Shown piece after piece: positions 57,199-64,000 of a stretch of 64,000 bases of DNA (position 1 is the stretch's first letter; every line of letters starts with the position of its first letter). The translations under genes were made by a program, and so were the position numbers. Source of the DNA: an uncultured Gammaproteobacteria bacterium (GTDB lineage Bacteria; Patescibacteriota; Microgenomatia; UBA8517); NCBI GenBank assembly GCA_964430475.1, contig CAYSEQ010000001.1, positions 13,659 through 77,658 of the forward strand, written 5' to 3'. The notes beneath the pieces were generated by a model. That model saw only the letters and a list, made by a program, of their open reading frames with translations. It made no database searches and was not told the DNA's origin.

Positions 57199-57978
57199 AT
57201 GAAAAAGCTTTTTATTTCGGTGTTAGCTATTTTTGGTTTTTCACTGATTGTTTTTTTATTGTTTCCTAAAAAGGTTGGTAATGAAGACAAAAGAAAAGTT
57301 TCTAAAGAAAGTGTTTTATCAAAAAAAGAGAGTATTTCTCCAACTAATTTTCAAGTTTTTTTTGAAGACGAATATAGAATTTTGAAAATTAAAATTTCGG
57401 ACTTGAGGAGACTTTCTTTACACTCAAATCTTGGGCAAAAGCTTTTCTCTCAGGAGGCGCTTAAAGAAAAAGGTTGTGAGAAATTGATAAGCGCGGGTTT
57501 TTATTCAAATAATGGCTTTATAGGACTTTTTGCATCAAATGGTACGATAATTAGCAAAGCAGTAAAAAATAAAACATTTAACGGATATTTTTATATCCAC
57601 GAAGATTCAGCCTATATCTCTAAAGAATCTCCATCTTTATTCCTTCACGCCCTTCAAGCAGGACCGATTGTTTTTTCAAATGGAAAAGCAACAGAACTAT
57701 CAATGAAAAACGACGAAAATGCCAGAAGAATTCTTGTCGCAACAACCAAAAATCCGAAAGAAATCTTTTTTCTTGCAATCCACAATAAAGAAAATTTTCT
57801 TTCTGGACCAAAACTTTCGGAACTTCCGAAAGTTTTAGAAAAGATTAATCAAGAAGAAAACCTTGGTATAGTTGATGCCCTTAATTTAGACGGCGGAACG
57901 CATTCTGCTTTTTTGTTAGGCGAGGAAAACTTATTTGAAGTAGCAACAATCGGAGGTTTTTTCTGTATCAAATCTTAG
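57199..57978 (+). CDS. Phosphodiester glycosidase family (DUF2233/NAGPA-like) protein, secreted
   Basis: ...ISAGFYSNNGFIGLF...LQAGPIVFSNGKA...LNLDGGTHSAFLL... Confidence 0.5.
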   Translation: MKKLFISVLAIFGFSLIVFLLFPKKVGNEDKRKVSKESVLSKKESISPTNFQVFFEDEYRILKIKISDLRRLSLHSNLGQKLFSQEALKEKGCEKLISAGFYSNNGFIGLFASNGTIISKAVKNKTFNGYFYIHEDSAYISKESPSLFLHALQAGPIVFSNGKATELSMKNDENARRILVATTKNPKEIFFLAIHNKENFLSGPKLSELPKVLEKINQEENLGIVDALNLDGGTHSAFLLGEENLFEVATIGGFFCIKS

Positions 57979-58225
57979 AAGAGCCCTTTTTGTAAGGATT
58001 AAATATTTTTGTCTTTGGGTAAAATTTTTTAAGATTCTGGATTTTTTTCAGAAATTGCTCTTTTGAAATTCTATACACTGTATAGAATAGATTTCTTCTT
58101 ATATGAGAAAAAACCTGAGTTTGTCTTAGAACCTTGAATGATCTTGGAGTCTGACGGAAGTAAACATTTCTTCTTTAGTACTTTCTTTTCATTTTAAATT
58201 AAAAGAAATGTAATACTTAATTTTT

Positions 58226-58591
58226 TTATACAGTTATTATCTTTGCTGATTTTATTTTGTTTTTCTCAAGTTCTATTGCGACGACTTCAATTCTTAGTTT
58301 TTTGAAATTGCTAGGATTTTTAATTAAATAATACTCCGCAACCTTTCTTATTGTTTGGAGCTTTCTTTCGTTAACCGCCTCTTCAGGTTTCCCAAATTTT
58401 TCGTTAAAGCGTGTTTTAACCTCAACAAAAACAAGTGCATCTTTATCTTGGGCAATAATGTCTATCTCTCCAAATTTAGTCCTGAAATTCTTGTCAAGAA
58501 TTTTATAGTTAAATTTTTCAAGTAGGCTAACCGCTATTTTTTCACCAATATTTCCTGATTCTCGCGTATTAACTTGCTTTAGGCGAGACAT
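58226..58591 (-). CDS. YraN-family (UPF0102) endonuclease
   Basis: ...GEKIAVSLLEKFNYKILDKNFRTKFGEIDIIAQDKDALVFVEVKTR... Confidence 0.75.
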   Translation of the reverse strand: MSRLKQVNTRESGNIGEKIAVSLLEKFNYKILDKNFRTKFGEIDIIAQDKDALVFVEVKTRFNEKFGKPEEAVNERKLQTIRKVAEYYLIKNPSNFKKLRIEVVAIELEKNKIKSAKIITV

Positions 58592-58997
58592 TGCGCTTTT
58601 CTCTTTTCTTCCTAGATTTTATGGAGATTTTACTTTTCAAAACTTGGGTAATTTTAGATTTTTTGAGGACTTTTTTGTATATTTCTTGGAGTTCTTTTTT
58701 AGGCTTATTTCTTAAATAATAAAGTTTTGCTCTTCTTACACCCTGTGTTCCACTTTTTATCACATCTATTCTTTCTAAAGTTGGTGATGACAAGGGAAAA
58801 ATCCTTTCAATGCCGATTTGTCCTGCTCCTATTCTTCTTACGGTTATGTTTTTGTTTTCGTTTGCTCCCTTAATAGCTATAACAACTCCCTCAAATACTT
58901 GGGATTTTTCTTTTTCTCCCTCTTTGATTTTTTGAATAACCTTAATTTTATCGCCAACTCCAAATTTAATGTCTTTATGTTGAACAAAAAGCGCCAT
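58569..58997 (-). CDS. rplS: 50S ribosomal protein L19
   Basis: ...FGVGDKIKVIQKIKEGEKEKSQVFEGVVIAIKG...ITVRRI...GIERIFPLSSPTLERIDV. Confidence 0.9.
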   Translation of the reverse strand: MALFVQHKDIKFGVGDKIKVIQKIKEGEKEKSQVFEGVVIAIKGANENKNITVRRIGAGQIGIERIFPLSSPTLERIDVIKSGTQGVRRAKLYYLRNKPKKELQEIYKKVLKKSKITQVLKSKISIKSRKKREKRNVSPKAS

Positions 58998-59035
58998 GCT
59001 AGAATTTTACTCTAAAAAATTTTCCCTAACAAGTC

Positions 59036-62000
59036 TTAATTACTATGATTAGTGGGATGTAATATTTCTGAAATTTTTCGAGAAAGTTCCTCACTCCAGC
59101 TGACGCCTATGTTTAATTCAAAAATCTCACCCTTTCCCTCAAAAGAAAGTACGACCTTTTGATTTCCAGGATGTTCTAGAAGAATTTCTTTTATTTTGCT
59201 CATCTGCTCATGGGTTGTATCTTTGGGAATATTTATAAAAAAAGTATCACCAGGATTAGCTTTAATTACTTCTTTAGTTTCTATTTTTTCTACTATCAAA
59301 GATGGTTCTTCATCCCTAAGGTCTACTTTTCCTGAAATAAGCAAAGCCTTTCCGTCTACAAGAATATTTTTAGCTGTCCGAAATAGACTCGGGAACACAA
59401 TAAGTTCTATAGACCCTGTCTCGTCTCTAACCTTAACAAAGGCCATTTCTTGAAGATTTTTTCTAGTTATCACTACCTTTACATCCGAAACCACTCCCGC
59501 AATCCTAACATTTACTGATTCCAAATTCGTTTCATTTTGGGTAATATCTTGAATTTTATGTGTAGCATACATGTTTAGTTCACCAATAATTTCACTGATT
59601 GGTCTTGCGGAAAGTGAAAATCCTAAAAGCTGCCTTTCTAGACTCTGGATTTCTTCTTCACTAAAATCTTCTTTTTTAAGGTCTTCCCTAATGAGATTTT
59701 CAATCGGTTGCGATTCAAATTCTTCCTCGGCAAAGAGCGTCTCTTGGTTAGAAGGTCCCTTAGGTTTAGCCACTTTACTTCTTATATCATCAAGAAGAGA
59801 TAAAAGAGTGCTTCTACTGCCAAACTCGGATAGCGCTCCAACTTTAATTAAACTTTCCACTACCTTTTTATTTACTTTTCTTGAATCAACCCTACTTAGA
59901 AAATCCGTAAAAGATTTAAATTTGCTTTTTCCCCTCGCTTGGAGAATTGCTTCAATTGCAGCTCTACCAACATTCTTAATAGCGTCTAATCCAAACATGA
60001 TTGCTTTGCCTTCTCTCGAATCCTTATCCTTTATAATTTTAAAGCCAACATCGCTTTCATTAATGCTTGGTGGATATACCTTAATGCCCATCCTTCTGCA
60101 CTCATTGACAGCTGAGGCAATTTTCTCTACATCTTTTGATTCTGCAGTTAAAAGTGCACACATAAATTCAACTGGAAAGTTTGCCTTCATATATGCCGTC
60201 CAATATGCCACAAGTCCGTAGCTTGCTGCATGAGCTTTGTTAAATCCATAACCCGAAAAAGGTTCAATCAACTTAAAAAGTTCCTCCGCTTTCCTTCTTA
60301 CCATACCATTTTTCACAGCCCCTTCAATAAATTTACTTTTTTGTTTTTCCATCTCTTCGGGTATTTTTTTGCCAACTGCTTTCCTGAATTTATCTGCCTC
60401 CTCCCAAGAATAACCCGCTATTTTTATGGCTGTCAGAAAGACATCATCTTGATAAACCAAAAGGCCATATGATTTATCAAGGTATTCTTTCATTCTTTCG
60501 TCAAAATATTTGATCTTTTCAGGTGAATTTTTTCTTTCAATGTATTCAGGAATTTGGGAGATAGGCCCGGGTCTATATAAAGCAACCATTGCCATGAGAT
60601 CTTCTACTCTCGTTGGTCTCAACTGTTTCAAATATTTGGTCATCCCCGCTCCGGACAACTGAAAAACCCCCATTGTCTCTCCGCGTGACAAAGATTCAAA
60701 AGTCTTTTTATCATCAAGAGGAATTTTTAGAAGATTAATTTCTATACCCTTTTCTTTTTTGACAATGTTAATTGCCTCTCCCAAAATTGACAGGTTTCTT
60801 AAACCCAAAAGATCAAATTTTAAAAGCCCCACTGCTTCGTTAGGCGAAACATTAGGATCCAGGGCATCCATATCGTATTGAGTAATAATCTTTTTTCCCT
60901 CGGGATCAAGCTGAATAGGGGTAAAGTCGGTAATCTCGCTGGGAGAAATTACCACACCCGCTGCATGAACGGAAACATGCCTTGCATTGCCTTCTATTTG
61001 TTTTGCCAAATCAATGATTTTTTTAGCATCAGAATCTTCCTTGTAAACTTTGGAAAGCTCTGGAGAAATTTTTAAAGCATTGCCTATCGTCATAGGAAAA
61101 CCTTGGGAACCAAGAGGAATCATCTTTGCAATTTTATCTCCTACTGAATAAGGGTAACCGAGTACCCTTGCTATATCTCTTACTGCACCTCTTGCCATCA
61201 TCCTTCCAAAAGTACAGATTTGAGCAACTTTCTCTTTACCGTATTTTCTAGTAATATACTCAATAACTTCTTCTCTTCTGGAATCTTCTATATCAAAATC
61301 AATATCAGGCGGAGATGGTCTCCATGGAGTCAGGAACCTTTCAAATGGAAGGTTGTACTCCAAAGGGTTGACATTGACAATCCCCAATCCAAATGCAACA
61401 AGTGAACCCGCTGTTGAGCCTCTTGTATTAGTAATTATGGATCTTTCTGCACACCACTGTGCCATATCAGCAACGATTAGAAAATAAGTTGCATAACCTT
61501 TTTTGCATATAATACCAAGCTCGTATTCAAGTCTTTCCTTAACTTCAGGAGTGATTTTTTTAATCCTTTTGCTTATTCCTTCCCACGCCTTTTTTCTCAA
61601 AAGTTTTTCCGGAGTTTCGCCTTTCTTAAGCTTAAATTCCGGGAAATACCACTTATTCAATTCAAGTTGGACATTACATCTTTCTGCAATTTTTGTTGTA
61701 TTGTTAATTGCATCAGGCAAATCTTTAAACAATTCAGCCATTTCCTCAGGACTTCTTAGGTAGAAGGTTGGTGAATCGATGTATCTTAGTCTTTTAAGGT
61801 CTTTAACAGTTTTCCCAGTGGCTATACATACAAGAGCGTCCTGGGCTTGAGCCTGTTCTTTTTTTATATAATGAACATCGTTAGTTGCGACAATTGGAAT
61901 ACCTAAGTTCCTACTTAAAGAAACTAATCCCCTGACCACTTTTTCTTCATTCTCTGCCTGTAACCTCAGATTTTCCTTTATTTCTGGACTTTCTGCCTCA

Positions 62001-62557
62001 TGGATAAATTTCTCATATTCGTGTCTTTGAAGTTCTAGATAATAATCTTTTCCAAAAAGATCCAAGTACCATTTGGCAATTTTTCTTGCTTCTTCAAGAT
62101 CGTCTTCTATTATTGACTGGGCAACCTCTCCAAGGTTACAAGCAGAAGTACAAATCAGACCTTTTGAATATTTCTCTAAAGTTTCTTTATCAATTCTGGG
62201 TTTGTAATAATATCCTTTTATATGAGCAATAGAGGTTATTTTCATAAGGTTTCTATATCCAACCTCGTCCTTGGCTAAAAGAAGAAGGTGAAAATTTTTA
62301 ATTTTTGAGCGTTCTGGACGGGACTCTAAATTGTAGTTACTTAGATAAGCCTCCATCCCGATAATCGGCTTTATATTTTCTTTTATACATTTTTTATAAA
62401 ACTCTATTACTCCATACATAGCCCCATGGTCTGTTATCGCAAGCGAATTCATGCCAAGTTCTTTTACATAGTTGATAAGCGGAGTTATTTTGCTTAGACC
62501 ATCCAGAAGTGAATATTCAGTATGGACATGGAGATGAACAAATTTTCCGGCTTCCAT
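59036..62557 (-). CDS. dnaE: DNA polymerase III alpha subunit
   Basis: 1173 aa. PHP domain (FVHLHVHTEYSLLDG), polymerase core, and an OB/tau-binding C-terminus. Confidence 0.95.
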   Translation of the reverse strand: MEAGKFVHLHVHTEYSLLDGLSKITPLINYVKELGMNSLAITDHGAMYGVIEFYKKCIKENIKPIIGMEAYLSNYNLESRPERSKIKNFHLLLLAKDEVGYRNLMKITSIAHIKGYYYKPRIDKETLEKYSKGLICTSACNLGEVAQSIIEDDLEEARKIAKWYLDLFGKDYYLELQRHEYEKFIHEAESPEIKENLRLQAENEEKVVRGLVSLSRNLGIPIVATNDVHYIKKEQAQAQDALVCIATGKTVKDLKRLRYIDSPTFYLRSPEEMAELFKDLPDAINNTTKIAERCNVQLELNKWYFPEFKLKKGETPEKLLRKKAWEGISKRIKKITPEVKERLEYELGIICKKGYATYFLIVADMAQWCAERSIITNTRGSTAGSLVAFGLGIVNVNPLEYNLPFERFLTPWRPSPPDIDFDIEDSRREEVIEYITRKYGKEKVAQICTFGRMMARGAVRDIARVLGYPYSVGDKIAKMIPLGSQGFPMTIGNALKISPELSKVYKEDSDAKKIIDLAKQIEGNARHVSVHAAGVVISPSEITDFTPIQLDPEGKKIITQYDMDALDPNVSPNEAVGLLKFDLLGLRNLSILGEAINIVKKEKGIEINLLKIPLDDKKTFESLSRGETMGVFQLSGAGMTKYLKQLRPTRVEDLMAMVALYRPGPISQIPEYIERKNSPEKIKYFDERMKEYLDKSYGLLVYQDDVFLTAIKIAGYSWEEADKFRKAVGKKIPEEMEKQKSKFIEGAVKNGMVRRKAEELFKLIEPFSGYGFNKAHAASYGLVAYWTAYMKANFPVEFMCALLTAESKDVEKIASAVNECRRMGIKVYPPSINESDVGFKIIKDKDSREGKAIMFGLDAIKNVGRAAIEAILQARGKSKFKSFTDFLSRVDSRKVNKKVVESLIKVGALSEFGSRSTLLSLLDDIRSKVAKPKGPSNQETLFAEEEFESQPIENLIREDLKKEDFSEEEIQSLERQLLGFSLSARPISEIIGELNMYATHKIQDITQNETNLESVNVRIAGVVSDVKVVITRKNLQEMAFVKVRDETGSIELIVFPSLFRTAKNILVDGKALLISGKVDLRDEEPSLIVEKIETKEVIKANPGDTFFINIPKDTTHEQMSKIKEILLEHPGNQKVVLSFEGKGEIFELNIGVSWSEELSRKISEILHPTNHSN

Positions 62558-62580
62558 TATACAAGCTTATTATATCAGTT

Positions 62581-63834
62581 TTATGTAGGGTTGCTGTTTA
62601 CCTTAAGCAAACTTGCGTGAAATTTGTCCAAAAGGAAATAAGTAACAAGAAAAAAGATCGCTAGTCCAAGAAGCAGAATTTTTATTCCGAGTATCTCTGT
62701 TATTGCGCCAGAAGCAAGGACCGGAAGAATGGTTGCGATGGTAGCCACAAACCAAAAATTTCCAAATACTCTTCCTCTAAAAGCTTGAGGTGTTTTTTCC
62801 TGTAAAAATGTTTGGCTTGGAATAACGATACCTACATAAGCACTTCCCAAGATCATCAAACCTAAAATGTCTAAAAGTATTTTTGCTCTTCCTAAGAGGC
62901 TTGTTGGGAATGTAATAAACAAGAAAAATAAAATTGAAAGTACAAAAATGGAGGATCTTATCACCTTTATTTTCCTGATCCCCTTTCTTAATAATCTAGG
63001 AATTAATATCGCACCAATTCCGGTTCCTAATCCCGTGGGAACAACAAGAAAAATACCTGCCTTCTTAATATCTATCGTAAAAATTTCAATTGCGATAATC
63101 GGGGCATTTACCAAAATAATAGCCAAACATACCTGCATTCCCAAAAGCAAAAGAAAAGGCGTAAGTACTGATTTTTCGTTCCTAATAAGCCTAAAGCCTT
63201 GAAGTATAAATACAAAAAATCTTTTAAAAGCATAAGAAAACCTGAATTTTTCTTCTTTCACATTTAAGGAAGGTAAAAAAGAAACTGACAAATGTGCTAA
63301 AAGTAAAAGAATGCTTAAGAAAAATATTAAATTATTAAATCCTAAGAACTCAGAAAGGTATGAGGCTAGGCCAAAACCTGTTATTAAGGCTAATTGTTGG
63401 GTTATGAAAAAAAGACCGTTAGCATGAGGAAGAGTTTTTATATCGACCAATAATGGAAGACTTGAAAATTCGGCAGGGATGTAAAACTGATTTACGAAAG
63501 AATAACACGCGGTTATTACAAAAATAAGAAAGACGGATTTATGATGAGTTATTCCATACACCAAGAAAATTAAAGATTGTACAAAAGTAGAAAGTCTAAG
63601 AAAAAATTTTTTATCAAGGAAGTCAGAGATCGTTGCAGCGAATGGACCGACAATCACTGCGGGTAAGGCGTAAGAAATCCAAAGAAGTGAGGTGGCAATT
63701 GTGGAATTTGTAAATTGGTAAAGCCTAATAATCAAAATGAAGTTCATAATATTGATAGTAAGTTGCGTCAAAATTTGGGAAAGCCATAGAAGAATAAAGT
63801 TTTTGTTTAAAAAAAGATTCCTATATTCTTGCAT
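62581..63834 (-). CDS. 12-TM transporter, probably MFS
   Basis: 417 aa with a two-times-six TM topology. Confidence 0.45.
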   Translation of the reverse strand: MQEYRNLFLNKNFILLWLSQILTQLTINIMNFILIIRLYQFTNSTIATSLLWISYALPAVIVGPFAATISDFLDKKFFLRLSTFVQSLIFLVYGITHHKSVFLIFVITACYSFVNQFYIPAEFSSLPLLVDIKTLPHANGLFFITQQLALITGFGLASYLSEFLGFNNLIFFLSILLLLAHLSVSFLPSLNVKEEKFRFSYAFKRFFVFILQGFRLIRNEKSVLTPFLLLLGMQVCLAIILVNAPIIAIEIFTIDIKKAGIFLVVPTGLGTGIGAILIPRLLRKGIRKIKVIRSSIFVLSILFFLFITFPTSLLGRAKILLDILGLMILGSAYVGIVIPSQTFLQEKTPQAFRGRVFGNFWFVATIATILPVLASGAITEILGIKILLLGLAIFFLVTYFLLDKFHASLLKVNSNPT

Positions 63835-63840
63835 TTTCTT

Positions 63841-64000
63841 TTAATCTTCTAGTTTTTTCTGAATTAACTTTCTTATTAATATTGGATCGTATTTTCCTTT
63901 TGTGATCTTCATAACATATCCGATGAGCGCGGATATTGCGTTAGTTTTTCCTTTTTTATAATCTTCCACTGCCTTATGGAGATTTTTTATTGCTTCTTCT
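63841..64000 (-). CDS. C-terminal end of a GatB/YqeY-domain protein (5' part outside the window)
   Basis: Manual translation gives ...EEAIKNLHKAVEDYKKGKTNAISALIGYVMKITKGKYDPILIRKLIQKKLED*, the GatB/YqeY C-terminal motif. Confidence 0.55.
   Translation of the reverse strand, partial: EEAIKNLHKAVEDYKKGKTNAISALIGYVMKITKGKYDPILIRKLIQKKLED

Noticed and set aside
1-64000. Alternative genetic code (stop-codon reassignment) as the explanation for in-frame TAA/TGA codons
   Set aside because: Long intact genes (uvrA, uvrB, dnaE, the 1025-aa protein) terminate with TAA/TGA and have no internal stops, so the standard code applies. The in-frame stops are gene-specific lesions.
1-64000. CRISPR arrays and rRNA genes
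   Set aside because: No regularly spaced direct repeats of CRISPR type and no rRNA-like conserved segments were seen. The tandem motifs found (for example ttattcttta x3 at ~12330) are short low-complexity intergenic repeats.

Overview
This 64-kb window is AT-rich and looks like a small-genome bacterium, possibly a Patescibacteria/CPR-type lineage. That lineage guess is an inference from low GC, an ER-type SipW signal peptidase, a DRG-family GTPase, an archaeal-type PGI/PMI, many small membrane proteins and giant surface proteins.

The left third (1–21 kb) is a tRNA-studded accessory zone with six tRNAs: Arg-TCT, Arg-TCG, Leu-TAA, Pro-TGG, Gly-TCC and His-GTG. It contains a thoroughly pseudogenized mercury-resistance operon (merA–merT–merP) beside a decayed DNPH1/Rcl-like gene. 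It also holds a GC-richer arsenic-resistance cassette (arsR–arsD–arsA plus two small Cys-tailed proteins, no permease) lying between tRNA-Leu and tRNA-Pro and bounded by 43-bp inverted repeats. Other contents are a HExxH-protease and C39-like cysteine-peptidase gene pair, a frameshifted O-antigen ligase and several surface or membrane proteins. Three of its genes carry in-frame TAA codons and several carry homopolymer frameshifts.

The remainder is largely core genome. It includes an unusually compact NER/SOS cluster (uvrC, uvrA, uvrB, lexA), a glycolytic block (gpmI, eno, ppsA, pgi/pmi, pgm), holA-like, ruvC, tatD, sodA, yjbQ, rplS and dnaE.

Embedded in the core part at 49.4–55.1 kb is a TasA/camelysin–SipW fibre-type operon. 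It has three TasA-like paralogues, one fused to a vWA domain and frameshifted at a T7 tract, and one fused to RTX calcium-binding repeats. It is followed by a receiver-only response regulator.

A ~150-bp AT-rich repeat family sits in three divergent-promoter intergenic regions, one of them directly upstream of lexA.

tRNA and repeat coordinates were counted by hand from the line labels and are ±2 nt. CDS coordinates come from the ORF track where available.
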